Source: Octopus vulgaris
Taxonomy: Eukaryota
Reading direction: 5' to 3'
DNA length: 64,000 nucleotides
NCBI GenBank assembly: GCA_951406725.2
Contig: CATOCA020000017.1
Span: 1 to 64,000 of the forward strand
This document shows positions 48,184-64,000 of the stretch, one piece after another. The position numbers were made by a program, and so were the translations under genes. The notes beneath the pieces are model-generated. The model ran no database searches. It was given only the letters and a program-made list of their open reading frames with translations, and was not told where the DNA came from. The stretch's first letter is position 1; each line of letters opens with the position of its first letter.

Positions 48184-51100
48184 TTAGTTAGTTAGTTAGT
48201 TAGTTAGTTAATTTGGCTCAAAAGCAAATAGCAAGGCCATGTAGGGGGACATGGAGTTAAGTACAGGGTGGTGTTCATGTAAAGAGTTCAGGCCACTTGA
48301 GGTCAAGGGAGGCTTTGAACAAAGCGGTCGTCGGCATCTTCACCATCTCGTCTGGCAGCTTGTTCCACGGATCCGCAACCCGGACGGAGAAAGCTCCTCT
48401 CCTTCGATTGAGATGAAATCGTCGCAGGTAGTGCTTTGTTGGCAGCATGGACGCACTGGGCCGAAGGCGAAAAGGAGGAATCCACCAAGATACCCAGGTC
48501 CTTTACCTGATCGGTCCTCTCCAGCGGCTCGAAATCAAGTTGAGTTGCAGGAGGAGAGCCAACAGGCAGATGACAGCATTTTGACACGTTCAGACATAGG
48601 TCCCATTCGTTAAACCACTTCCAAATTTGGTGGAGGCATCGACGAAGATCCTCTATATCACCGCGAGGAGCGACCAGTTTGATATCGTCGGCAAATAGAA
48701 GGGTGTGTTGCGTGAGACCGTCGAGCAAGTCATTTATGAAGACTAAGAACAATAAGGGCCCAAGCACTGAACCTTGAGGCACGCCACTGCTCGCACTGGA
48801 GACGTCGGACCGCGAACCATTAACTTGGACTTGGAAGGAGCGATCTGAGAGGAAGGCACCAACCCATCGTACAATATCCGGATGGAAACTATATGCTTGA
48901 AGCTTGACAAGTAATAGGCGGTGGTTTACCGAGTCAAAAGCTTTGGAAAATCCAATAAAACGATGTCAACAGCATCACTATCATCGAGGATGCGCGTCAC
49001 CAATTCTTCCATTACCAGTAAGTTGGTCAAGCATGATCTCTTCGGCACGAAGCCGTGTTGGGAATCAGAGATAGAGGCTGTGTTTTGGAGGTGGAGCATC
49101 ATACTTTTCTTAAGGATGGTTTCGAACATCTTGCTGATTATTGATGTAAGGGAAACCGGTCGGTAGTTAAGCGGGTCTTCGCGGCTCTCTTTCTTGAAAA
49201 TTGGGCAGATTATCGCTGTTCTCCAGTCCGCAGGTATAACACTCGTCGCCAATGACATATTGAATAGACGTGTTAAGGGCTCGCAGATGACCGGAGCCAA
49301 CGCTTTGATAACCCGTGGGTGTATGCCGTCAGGGCTGTGACCCTTGTTGACATCGAGGCCTTGAATAACACGTTTGACTTCGTCCCGCGTGATGACCAAT
49401 CTAGGCATTGGAGGTACCGATCTATCAAATGGAGGGGGTTCATGACCATCATCTTGTTTGAAAATAGTTGAAAAAGCCTCGGCAAATAATTGACTCTGTT
49501 GATAAGGGTCCTCAATCGATACGCCTGTTGAGTCTACCAACGTTGCAATCTGGTTGTTCAAGCGGGAATTCCGTTGGACATGGGCAAAGAAGGTTTTTGG
49601 ATTGCTACTGGCATTTGCCGCGATTTTGTATTCATAACTGAAGCGTTCTTCCTTTTCAATTTTCACGGCTCAGTCTCGTTGAGTTTTGTACACCTCAAAA
49701 GCTGCAGTCGAATCCAGATTTTTGAATTCAGCCCAAGCAATATCTCTGAGTCGACGTTCTCGTTTAACCTTCGTCACCCAGGGCTTGTGTTTCTTCTTCT
49801 TGGGAAGCCCAACGGGAACTGCCTGGTCAGTCAACCAGATTACATATGCTTTGAGGGATGACCATAGTTCGTCAACTGAGGACAACGTCATCAGGGATCG
49901 CCAGTCCAGAAGCGCGAAGCCTCGGTTAGAATTTCAAGATTAATTGCAGAGAAGACTCTACGTGGCAGCGAAGTAGTCGTGGGCGTAGAAAAAGTTGTGT
50001 GCATGACGAACTTCAGGACCGCATGATCACTCTTGGCAAGAGGGGCGCACACAGATACGTCTGACACTGATCTTGGATAGCGGGAGAATACCAGATCCAG
50101 CATAGATGGCTGCTGCCCAGACCGATGCCTTGTCGGATATTCAACATGTTGCGATAGAAAACAATCTTCAGCCACGTCAAGAAGGGCCTGGCCGAACCGG
50201 GAAGATGTTGTACAAATTGATGCGGGCCAATCGATCGTGGGAGCGTTGAAGTCTCCTAGTACCAAACAGTCATGCGAAGCTGAAACGAATCTTATCGCTT
50301 CGAGTAAATGAGCATCGTCCTGGGGGTCGGCAAGAGGCGGCCTGTAGACAGCTAACACGGGCAGGCAAAACTCGGATAGGCTCAGCTTGCAATAGACGGC
50401 ATCGAATTTTGTTGTAGGTTGAGCATTAGTGGGTAGAATACCGCTGGACGGTTTGTGCTCAGATTTGACATACACAGCAACACCTCCACCTCGCCTTTTT
50501 TCTCTGTCACATCTGAAAAGGACGTAGCCCTGTAGATGGATTTCTGAGTCCTTTACTGCTGGAGTCAGCCAAGTCTCGGTGATAGCTATCACATCAGGGG
50601 AGTCACGTATGGCCAGTGTAAATAGTTCGCTGAACTTTGGGAATAAGGAGCACGAGTTGGTATAGACGATGCTGAGCTGTGAAGTTTGAGGGGCGGGAGT
50701 TGGGGAACAAGCAGAATAAGGGGTATCAGAGATAGCATCGTTGACGGGGGTATCAACTTCACTTCGATTTGCCCTCACTTCACTTTCCCTGTCAGTACTA
50801 CAGCATGCGACCAGAGGTAGGACTTGATTATTTGTCCATCTTGGATGCGTAAACCCTTCTCTCCCATCTGTTTCCTCATCTTTAGTTCGGATATTAGGTT
50901 TCTCCGGCGAATTCTCTCTCTCAGTGAGTATTCCTCGCGAAAACCCATATCAGGCATGCGTCTGAGCTCTGTTCAGAAAGGCTGAAGCCTCCCGATCGGA
51001 AGAAAAGATTACCCTTATTGGGCGTGGTCTAGTATCTGAGGTTGGGTTCGCTTGAAATCTTCCTAGCCGAGCGACCTTATGGATACTGACATTTTCGTTC

Positions 51101-52145
51101 ACAGAGAACAATTCTCCAACTAAAATGGAAACAAAATTAATGTCTTCTTTTAGGCGGTTTATGCCTGTATCACAGGTGGATTCAGCTTTACCATAAATTA
51201 TTGCTGATCTTGAGTGGGCAAAATGTTCTCTACTATGAGCTGCGGTATTCGATTCTTCATTGGATGATTTTGAAAGGGTGGTTTCATAGCCATTAGACTT
51301 ACGTCGGCATGTGGGGTCGATCGGAATGGGTTTAGTGGTCATAATTTTCCCGCCTGGTTTGGAACTGCACTGCCTCTTCTTCGGTTTGGGGAGCACCACT
51401 CCCCAGATGAACTCACATCGAGATCGTTCAGAATTGGTTGAGCAATGGCATTAATGGGAAGGACAAGTGAGGGAGAATCCAAACAGATTTTATCGTGATC
51501 AGGTTTCATAGCTAAATCTGCCCCACTGGAGTTTTGACTACGTTTCTTCTTTTGGGGAGAACAACGGTCTTCAGGTGGGTTTGAGTCTACGCTCCTCAAA
51601 TTAGGTTGGGGAACCTCCGGGACCGAAAAGGCAGATGAGGAAGAATCCGCACAGGAACGATCATGTGCAGAAACGACCGCCGGTTCCTTCGCCTTCTTTG
51701 GCCGCTTCGATTTTGTTCCCTTCGGTTTGGACGTCTCCAGGGAAGAAATCAAGGGTGACTCTGCATCAATAGGAGACTGTTTATTCAGTAAAAGAGCAAC
51801 AACAGACTTTAGGTGCTCGACCTCTTGTTTGAGCAACAGCAACTGCTCGTTGAGCTGACTATTGGTAGGACCATCATCTTGATGAGAAGCCCTTCTTGCA
51901 GATCTCAGTTTCGATCTGTAGGTAGCTGACATGATAGATGGTTGACTAAAAACAATCTTCTATGGGCTCTAGGACAAATCTGAGTTAAATCAGGAACAAA
52001 AAAAAACAGCTGCAATCCTTGTAGGAGTAGGCAACAGCAGACAAAATCTGAGAGAGTTTGGGCTGAGCCGAATCACAATCCAAGATTGAAAGCAGACGGT
52101 GAAACGAGTTGGGAACCCTTCCTAATTGTCTGAAGCAGCTTTAGG
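48184..52145 (-). mobile_element. Near-full-length CR1-clade LINE with (TAAC)n tail; frameshifted, with a deletion after the RT core
   Basis: ORF1 about 51932-50775 (AIIYG..ES, RLGRF, RPRPIRVIF); ORF2 about 50778-48300 with IAITETWL, GGGVAVYV, VYRPP, GDFN, SDH, NYRPVSLTS, QHGF, PQGSVLGPLLF, FADDIK; 5' boundary approximate. Confidence 0.85.
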
Positions 52146-52707
52146 ATAAGGGATAGTAGGTCCAACTTTAGAATATTGATATGCATGTAAAATGTTCCAC
52201 ACGACTAAATATCATTTGACGTGCTATTTAGTACTTCAATAATTGCGTCTGCGCATGTTTGTACATGTGTGAATAATGTGTTTATGTGCGAGAAGGCACA
52301 TATTACCATATAAAAGGATATAACAAAGGATATATGAACAGAAATTTGAGAAATCAATAATTAAGTAATTAATGACAAGAATTCCCAATAGTGAGGTAGT
52401 TCACTTCGGTAATTAGGGGTCAACCCCATGTTAAAATCCCGGATTATTCTGCTGTCTTCAAGGTATGGGAATGTTTTCTTTTAGCTTGTTTCATCCTGCT
52501 TAAAAAACCATACTCAGAATTGATCCATTCAGTCTCACCAGTCTTGCTACTCTTGACCACCTTTTGATAAACACACTAGAAGGCAGCACTCCCTCTCTAT
52601 CCTTATCTTCAAATGATATTTGAAGAAATTGATGAGAGCTTAGCTAGATAGGAAAGTGCCTGTCTTCAAACCTTACAGACAGGCCAACCATACAAGGGAA
52701 AACCCAT

Positions 52708-55190
<2,483 letters not shown>

Positions 55191-55209
55191 ATGGAAAGTG
55201 CAGGTGAAA

Positions 55210-58200
55210 TGTATCCGTTTTCCATGCTAGCATGCAGAAAACAGGTTATTGGAGGATACATAGGGTTTTGACTGAGGGCTGGCAACATTTAAGATGGCTG
55301 CACCAGGCTGCACCAGGCTCCAGTCTTGATCTGGCAGAGTTTCTACAGCTGGATGCCCTTCCTAACGCCAACCACTTCGAGAGTGTAGTGGGTGCTTTTT
55401 ACGTGCCACCTGCACAGGGGCCAGTCAGGCAGTACTGGCAATGACCTCGCTCGAATCTTTTTACATGTGCCACTGACACAGGTGCCAGTGAAGCGACGTT
55501 GGTAACGATCACGCTCGAATGGTGCCCTTTTACGTGCCACGGGTACGGAAGCCAGTTGGCTGCTCTGGCAATGATCACAACGATCACGCTCGGATGGTGT
55601 TCTTGGCACCCTACTAGCACAGGCATAAGTGCCAGTAAGGCGACGCTGGTAACGATCATACTCGAATAGCCGCTCTGTCAATGATCACACTCGTATGGTG
55701 CTCTTTGCACCCCGCTAGCATGGATGCCAGTCATCGAAATGATTTTGATTTCACTTGCCTCAACAGGTCTTCGCAAGCAAAAGTTTAGTGACCAAAGAAG
55801 GAAAAGCTACGCATAAGCGGGCTGGTTATGCTCCTAGCATAGGCCATGGGCTATGGTTTCATCTGGTTTGCCAGGTCTTATCGAGCACAGCATATTTCCA
55901 AAGGTTTCAGTCGCTAATCATTTCCGTGGTGAGGCCTAATGTCCGAAGGTCGTGCTTCACTACTTCATCCCAGGTCTTCCTGGGTCTACCTCTTCCACAG
56001 GTTCCCTCAACGCTAGGGTGTAACACTTTTTCACACAACTATCCTCATCCATTCTCACCACATGACCATACCAGCGCAGTCGTCTCTCTTGCACACCACA
56101 TCTAATGCTTCTTAGGTCCAACTTTTCTCTCAAGGTACTTACACTCTGTTGAGTATGAACACTGACATTACACATCCATCGGATCATACTGGCTTCATTC
56201 CTTGCGAGCTTACGCATATCCTCAGCAGTCACAGCCCATGTTTCACTGCCATGTAGCATGGCTGTTCGTACACATGCATCATACAGTCTACCTTTTACTC
56301 TGAGCAGAGGCCCTTTGTCACCAGCAGAGGTAAGAGCTCTCTGAACTTTGCCCAAGCTATTCTTATTCTAGCAGCTACACTTTCAGTGCACCCTCCTCCT
56401 CTACTGATTTGGTCACCTAGATAACGGAAGCTATCAACTACTTCTAGTTTTTCTCCCTGGAATGTGGCAGAAGTTGGTCTCTGCGCATTTTCAGTGTTTA
56501 TTGCTCCCGAGCATCTGCCACATACAAAAACTATCTTCCCAGTTAGCCTTCCTTTGATATTACTGCACCTCTTATGTGTCCATAGCTTACACTGGTACAT
56601 CTTATAGAGTTTCTACCTACACCTCTACTACAGATCGAGCAGGGCCATCTACCTTAAGGGATTTATGGTTTGTCAGCCTTCCTACTTATTAAAACTTTGC
56701 TTTTAGCTAGGTTGATTCTAAGGCCCTTCAATTCTAATCCTTGTTTCCACACTTGAAACTTCTCCTCTAGTTCTGATAGTGACTCAGTGATTAGAGCAAG
56801 GTCATCAGCATAGAGGAGCTCCCAGGGGCATCCTGTCTGGAATTCCTCCGTTATTGCCTGGAGGACTATGATAAATAGGAGGGGGCTGAGGACTGAACCC
56901 TGGTGGACCCCAACCTCTACCTTGAATTCTTCAGTGTACTCGTTGCCAACCCTTACCTTACTTACAGCGTCCCTGTACATGGCTTGCACAGCTCTCACTA
57001 ACCATTCATCTATCCCTAGTTTCCTCATTGACCACCAGATAAGGGATCGGGGGACCCTGTCAAAGGCTTTCTCCATGTCAACGAAAGCCAGGTACAGGGG
57101 CTTATCTTTGGCTAGGTATTTCTCCTGCAGCTGTCTTACCAGAAATATGGCATCAGTGGTACTTTTCCCTGGCACGAAACCAAACTGCATCTCATCCAAG
57201 TTGACTCTCTCCCTAATAAGTTGGGCTATGACCCTCTCCGTAACCTTCATTACCTGATCCAACAGCTTGATACCTCTGTAATTATTTGTATCTAGGGCGT
57301 CACCTTTACCTTTGTAGCAGTTAACTATTATGCTGCTACACCAGTCATTGGGTATGACTCCTTCGTGTATCACCTGGTTAACTATACGGGTGACTAGGCT
57401 ATAGCCGACACTGCCAGATATTTTGAGCATCTCTGCAGTAATTCCTGATGGGCCTGGGGCTTTCCCTGTCTTCATGCTTCTAATTGCCTTGACTACCAAG
57501 GAACTGTCAACATGGATAGCTGGTCCCTCTGTTGGGTCGACATTCGGCAGACTCTCTTTATCCCATGCATTTTCTTTATTCAGCAACCTTTCATAGTGGC
57601 GTCTCCAAACCACTCTCTTTGCATCCTCATTTAGCGCAAGTGAACCATCATCCATGCGAACACATTTCTCTCCTACCACATCACGATTCTCTCTCACACA
57701 CTGTCTTGCAACACGAAATACCTCAAGTCTTTCGTCCTCACGGTGCAGAACATTGGCAAATTTTTTCTTATCTGCTTCCCCTCTGGCTAAATACACCTGC
57801 CTCCTAGCTTCCCTTCTGGCAGTCTGATACACTTCCTCTGCTACCACCGTTCTTCCAGTCCTTCCAAGCCTGTTTCTTTTGTCTAATAGCCCTGTCAACA
57901 ATATTGTTCCACCACCACGTTATTTTGGGTCTTGAGGGGACTTTGCACCAACCACAGATCTGGTCAGTGGCTCTCAGCAGGTTGTCCCTTAGAAACCTCC
58001 AGTTGTCTTCTACCCCATGTGAAGCTATATCCCCTTCTATTTCGTCAAAGGCTTCAAGTAATATGTCTCTAAATCTCTGTCCATTCGCAGGATCTTTAAG
58101 CTTCCAGACCCTTCTTCTCCATGTTGGTGTCTTCTGGTCGTCCTCTTAGTCCTGATCCTAAAGTCACTAACTACCAGTCTATGTTGTGGGGTACATTCTT

Positions 58201-59440
58201 CGCCTGGGAAGGTTTTGGCATTTATAAGCAGCCATCTTTCCCTTTTTCTGGCAAGGATGTAGTCAATTTGGCTAGTATGTCGGCCCGATCGGTAGGTGAC
58301 TAGGTGGCTGGTAGGTTTCCTGAAGTTAGTGTTGCAAACCATAAGATCGTTCGCATCGCAGAACTCCAGCAGCCTGGTTCCCTCCTCGTTGCGGGAACCA
58401 TAACCGTAGCCTCCATGTACGCCATGGAAGCCCCCAGCATGTTGTCCAACATGCCCATTGAAGTCACCAGCCACAAAGAGAAGGTCCCTGTCGTTCGTCA
58501 ACAAGGTAGTCTGCAGTAGGGTGTCATAGAATCGGTCTTTCTGTCCATTGGGTAGCCCTGGCTGAGGGGCATAGGCCGATATAATGGTTGCTAATCCATG
58601 ATGAAGCACTAATCTAATCTTAAGTATTCTGTCGCATACTCTGACTACCTCAATTACCTTATCTACCCATTTTTAGTGAGAAGTATACACACCCCCAACC
58701 CCGTCAGTGTTCCCAGCCCAGAAAATATTGTACCTGTGTTCTTTGCCTGTGAGGAACTTAGCAGAACCTCCTCTCCACCTCACTTCTTGGATGCAACACA
58801 TATCGACACATCTCCGTTCAAGCATCTCAACAATCTCACCAGACCTACCTTTCAGTGTGCCAACATTGAGGGTGCCTACCCTGAGGGTGTGGGAGGTATG
58901 GGCCCTAGGGACCTTGGGACGGGGGACAGTAGCTTCATGTACCTGAAAAGAAAACTTGCATTTGGCAGGATTCATAGACAAACAATAGACTTAAGTTCAA
59001 ACCGCATACACTACTCTATCATATTTTTCACTGTATGATCACTACCTTATATAGCAGGGGGTGGGGTGGCATAAGCCTTTTGAAGTGTACATGGGAGACA
59101 ACCAGGGATGACAAAATTGGGACTTCCGGTAAAGGTGGAGGTGGGAGGGAGGGTGCACCGCGAAAACTAGCAGCCATGAGGGGCACATCTCATCTCTTGA
59201 GAAGGAATACTTCATTGTAGGTATTAAGAGACATTTAGACATCGATAAGTAAGAAGGAACTATAGAGTTATATATTGAACATGAGACGTGAATTTGAAAT
59301 AAACAGAATAAAACCGAATAGAGAGAAACTAAAAGGGTTAGACATCGATAAGTTAGAGAGTAAAACAGAATAGAGATAAACTAAAAGGGCTAATCAATTG
59401 CGCAGAATTATATATAGTTAACGGGTTGAGGCTGTGATGA
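55210..59440 (-). mobile_element. RTE-type non-LTR retrotransposon (APE + RT + PHD-like insert), frameshifted
   Basis: LRVGTLNVGTL, IQEVRWRG, SAYAPQ, GDFNGHVG, QIDYIL, NYRGIKLL, MQFGF, DMEKAFDRV, HQGSVLSPLLF, YADDL; ORF spans about 58981-55960; both ends approximate. Confidence 0.87.
55385..55730. repeat. Imperfect tandem repeat of about 60-70 bp in the RTE 3'UTR
   Basis: GGCAATGA(T/C)CACGCTCGAATGGTGC..TTTTACGTGCCAC-like units recur about 5 times. Confidence 0.7.
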
Positions 59441-59450
59441 AGCGTTGAAA

Positions 59451-61340
59451 GGGCTGACAAAAATCAAGACAGAGGAAGGGACAGAACAGAGAATAAAGGT
59501 TACAAGGGTTTTGTCCGTTTGTAAGATCGAGTAAAAAACAGTTTAAACAACGAAAGATTATAACAATGAAAATCTCCCAAAGGGGGGGGGGCATTACGAA
59601 AGGTTCCTGGTGGAAAAAACCATAAAAGCCAACGGGAGCCTGGTCAAAAGGGGGGTAGAGAGCCCCTTTCTCCTTTTGTAATACTTTTTTAAATCACAGG
59701 TGTAACCTCAGAATGGCTCCTTTCACACTGGCCATTCTTGCGACATTTATCCACCTTTCATTAAATTTGCTATCGGACAGCACTTCCTCTCAACTCTCAT
59801 CTTCCTTTTCAAGTGAAACTTGAAAAAGTTAATGAAGCTTGGGCCAAAGAGGAAAATGTCTAATCTTAGCCCTTTCAAACAGGTCCACCATACCACCTCT
59901 TTCGCTACAGCCACTAGGCAAAGGAAAACTGCCTTGCCCTCCCGGTTAAAGGAGGTCGGCGGGATAATCTTCTCTATGGATTCAGCTGATAGCCAGATCC
60001 GTCCTATATGCGACAGTAGCTGTTCGACATAAACCCATAGTTCAGCAATACTCGGATACTGGACGAGTGCGTGCAGGATGGTTTCATCGTCCTAGCAGCA
60101 CCTTGGGCTGACGGCACTTCCGTGCCAGTAGAGTTTATGCCGAACAGGCAGAGCCCCTCGGTAACACTGCCAGGCGAGGGACCTCTGGAAATTATCCATT
60201 GGCCCCGGCCCGAAAGTCCTCTCGAACAGACTGCTCAGCTCATTATCGTCAAGCCTAGAGTTTCCCCGAGAACGTCGTCGCACTTTTCTTCCACTAACTC
60301 TCTATAGAACACTAGAGTGGAACTACTACCGATCGCATTGCCCGCTTCGCGGAGGGCGGAGAGAGCTTGACGGCACTCGAGGTGCCAAGCGCCCTTTCTC
60401 AGTCTGCGTTTGATCCAGGTCTGCAGCTCTGACAAAAGATGACCACACCTGTTCACCGTCTAGGAAACACTTGAGATGCCGTAGCCTGAGCGCATGTCTG
60501 CACATTAGTAATCACGGCATGCCAAGGCCTCCGTTCAGCGGTCGTTGACAGCAGATGGATCGCCTGACCAGTGGTACCTGACCCTTCCACAAAAAGCTGA
60601 AGAGCAAGCGTAGCAGCTTGGCCTACCAGCGGTTGGGACAAGGAACGATGGTCAAGCGGTAATAGATGACGGATGCGATGTACGCATTCGCCACCTCCGC
60701 CCGACCTTTCAGGGACAACTTCCTCTCGGCCCATTTCTGGGTGAGATTGGCCACCCTGCTCGTCACTTCTTCCCAGTTTTTATCCTCTTGGAGGTCCGGA
60801 CCGAACCAGACCTCAAGCAGTTTAACGGGTCCGTCTGTCCAGTGCCCTACGACGCTGTTGGACGGCATGGACTTGCCTCTCCAGGTGACTAGTTGCAAGC
60901 CCACAGACTTTTCCGCGTTAATCTTTGCCCCTGTCACTGCTTCGTACTCGTTCAGCATCTCGTCGATCAGGTCAATGTGCCTGTGACTCGACACCATCAC
61001 GGTGACGTCATCGGATAGGCAGACACGCTGTTTCCACCTCCTAGATCGTGCAGGATACCCCTCAAAGCATCCAACTTGTGCAGTAATGGCTCAAGGGTCA
61101 AAACGTACAAGAGGGAGGAGAGAGGGCATCCTTGGCAGACTGAATGCGAGATGTCAAACGGCTCTGAAAGGTGACTGTTCACCCATATTACCGAGCAGAT
61201 GTTGCAGTATAAAGCAGTGATCCACCTGCAGAAGACTGGACTGAAGCCGGCTGCCTTGAGAACAGCTGCTAGGTATCGATGGTTGACCCTATTGAAGGCT
61301 TTACTCTGATCTAAATTGATCAAAGCCCCACCCGCGCCAA
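59451..61340 (-). mobile_element. Older 5'-truncated copy of the array Tx1 family, inserted in a SINE (ATT)n tail
   Basis: INLDQSKAF to the ORF2 C-terminus, and a 3'UTR (TTGACCAGGCTCCCGTTGGCTTTT) colinear with the array; 5' junction abuts AAT repeats. Confidence 0.88.
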
Positions 61341-61344
61341 ATAA

Positions 61345-61500
61345 TTAATAATAATTTCTACTATAGACACAAGGCCGAAATTTGAGGGGACAGTGATAGT
61401 CACTCACATCAACTCCAGTATTCCAACTTTATCAACCCCAAAATGATGAAAAGCAAAGTTGGCCAAAGCAGAATTTGAACTCAGAACGTAGTGACGCAGA
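61345..61500 (-). mobile_element. Degenerate tRNA-derived SINE (same family as 45885-46030)
   Basis: Minus strand GAGTTCAAATTCTGC...ACTTTGCTTTTCATC...GGCCTTGTGTCTATAGTAGAAATTATT. Confidence 0.7.
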
Positions 61501-61706
61501 CAAATACATAACAAAAACACCATGACTTACAAATATATATAACATACAGAAAATAGCACTACAAGGCATCACACACATCCTACATAAAACACTTTCAATA
61601 CAGTGATAATAAGAGCATAACCGCAAACCAGGGCACAAACCCAAGGCACACAGAGTTGTGCTCAGTTGTGCAGTGAAAGCACGTTATGAAAATAAGACTA
61701 CTGAAA

Positions 61707-61765
<59 letters not shown>

Positions 61766-61795
61766 AAATAATAATAATGATAATAATGATAATAA
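61707..61795. repeat. (AAT)n microsatellite
   Basis: Read directly. Confidence 0.95.
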
Positions 61796-64000
61796 ATTCT
61801 TTATTGGCCACCAGGGCTGAACACAAAACATAAATGATGATACACAGACAAGTGACAGTGGGGTTAAGCATGTAAAAAGCAAACAAAAAAAATAAACAAC
61901 AATTAACAAGGAGATTAAACCAAGAATGTATTTCCCCAATAGCGGGGAGTTCCACTGAGAGGTGACCAAAGAAATCTCACACACTTTGGACTCCATAACA
62001 CCAAAAGCACCTCAGGTAGGCACTCCTCTCCTCTGCATTCCATCCGGCCTACACGTACACACTTAAAGTAGGTCCATTCACACAGGCCATTCTTGTCACA
62101 TTCACCCACATTTCAACAAACTTACTGGGAAACAGCACCTCTCTCTCCAGTCTCACTTTCCTTTTCAGGTGGAACCTGAAAAAATCAATGAAGTGGAAGG
62201 TATCCATCTTCAAACCTTTCAATCACGTCCACCACATAACCCCTTTTGCCATAGCCACCCAACAGATGGACTTGGATGACAGCTGGATCCGTCCTACACA
62301 TGACAATAACTGTTTGACAAAGCTCTACAAGTTCACAATATGTGGACACTGTACGAGAGCATGCAGAATGATTTCATCGCTCTAGGTGCCTGTCTGATTG
62401 CACACCTGTGCCTGTAGAGCATATAGTGAACCGGCAGAGATCCCCTGGTAGCATTACCAGACCAGGGATTTCTGGAAGTTATCCATAGGTCCAAGTATGA
62501 AAGTCCTTCAGAAAAGGCCAGCCAGTTGATCCCTCCTGATGTCCAGAACATCTCTAAGAACATCATCACTCTTTCCCTCCATAATCCCCTATAAACTCCA
62601 ATGTGGAACTTCCACAGACCGCATTACATGATTGGCTGAGGGCTGTTAGCACTGAAGACACTCAAGATGCCAAGGCCCCTGCCTCAGTCTATGCCCGATC
62701 CAGGACTGTATCCCTGTTAAGGAGTCGAGCTGTGGAAAAGCACGTCCAGCAAACAGTGACCACACCTGCTCACCATTAATGTATTATTGGAGATGCCGCA
62801 ACATCAGTGCACGTCTGCATATCATCAGCCATGGCATGCCCAGTCCTCCACACAATGAGTGCTGTTGGAGATCAGGTGATCCCGCCTCCATTTCTTCATT
62901 GAGCTCCTTTTGGAACTCTTATAGAGAAGCCTTTCATTGGCATTTACTTGAGTGATCCCTACATTGTGTGGAAAGACATCCCTAATTGTTTGGATAGTGT
63001 CCAAATTCATCCTCACCATCATTCAGTTTTTGGCATGTTGCACATGCTAGTCCAAGATTTCCCCACCTTTTTTCAATGTCTTCCATTATTGATAAGAGGA
63101 GCCATCAGGTTTTTGTTAGCTCTCCTTACTAACACAAAGTTAGCTGCCTGCATCATTGTTTCTTGTTTTTCTTATGGTGTTTGCAGTGTGAGTTTCCTTT
63201 TGGGATTTTTTCTGTCTGCAGTGGGGTTTTTGGTGCTTGTGATGCTTTAGTTGATGATTGTGGTGCCTCAGGAGTTGTCTGAGTGTCTGTGTTTGTTGTG
63301 GGTGCGAGTGCAGTTTCTTGTTATCTTGTTTTGGTGCAGGACAAAATGCCTCACTTCTGTGACTTCTTTTTGGTCTTTTGGATTTAATCTGTTCCCCCTC
63401 ATCATCACTTTTCAATGTGATAGAAATAGTGCCAGTTGCAACCTCCTCTTCTTTGTGTGGAAGTGAATTCGTGTTTGTATGTGTATCTTTTTCTGCGTGT
63501 TTGTTTGTTAGAGGGTGAGTTTGTTGAGCTTGGTTGCGAGGTGTTGGTTTTTGTGGTTGACCTCTCTGACAGTTTTCCTGCTGGTGTTGTTGCTATTTTT
63601 GCTGCTTTCCCTATTGTTGGTGATGGTCTTTCTACAGCTGGTCCTGTTTTTTGTTTTCCCAGCCATAATGTTGGTGTCAACAGAGGTCTATGGACCCCTG
63701 TACCTTTTTGCTGAGGGATGAGTGCTTGTAGGTGTGTTGCTTCATGACAAGCAAAGCAATGAGGCCTTCTGCCCTCGGTGGTCAAGAGTAATTTCCTCCT
63801 ACCCTTGAGGCAGACATAGTCTGGGATGTTTTCCAAGTCTTGTGGCTTTATTTGTATTAGCATTTCCAAATCTATCTCAACCTAGTTCTCTCTTTGTGTC
63901 CGTTGGACTTTTAGGAGGAGGGTGCTACTGCCCTCCATGATCACATATCCCATGAGCCACCATATGTTGATACTTGGTGTTATTCTGAGGACTCTAACTT
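61796..64000 (-). mobile_element. Internally deleted Tx1-like element (sister family of 40672-45830); continues beyond the window
   Basis: 3' end CAGCCCTGGTGGCCAATAAAGAAT + ATT; ORF2 C-terminal part about 62050-62855 joined directly to the ORF1 C-terminus (RPHCFACHEATHL, SDDEGEQ). Confidence 0.82.

Noticed and set aside
48184-48210. (TTAG)n as a telomeric repeat
   Set aside because: It is a 4-mer tail directly at the CR1 3' end, not TTAGG or TTAGGG
52628-52665. Second hammerhead candidate TTGATGAGAGC...GAAA
   Set aside because: Stem II does not close next to GAAA, and stems I and III are missing

Overview
Eukaryotic, AT-rich and almost entirely repeat-derived DNA. I infer a cephalopod (probably Octopus) from the SINE and RTE sequences. 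No host gene is recognisable. Bases 3550-38690 are six head-to-tail copies (about 5.87 kb each) of a very young L1/Tx1-clade non-LTR retrotransposon. ORF1 has a CCHC knuckle, ORF2 has APE endonuclease + RT + CCHC, and short (ATT)n tracts separate the copies. ORF2 is almost identical across copies, but two clearly different 5'UTR/ORF1 modules (A and B) occur, plus a mosaic. The distal 3'UTR variant of each copy matches the module of the NEXT copy rather than its own. The array lies inside one expanded (ATT)n locus (1013-39282) that also holds a 5'-truncated R4/Dong-like RT-REL element. The same locus contains a 499-bp non-coding insert (363-nt monomer plus 136-nt repeat) carrying a minus-strand type I hammerhead ribozyme with a compensatory U3-A8 core at the tip of a long hairpin, i.e. 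a retrozyme or Penelope-like pLTR. The rest of the window is decayed R4/Dong, Tx1, CR1, RTE and mariner elements, tRNA-derived SINEs and microsatellites. All comparisons were made by eye.
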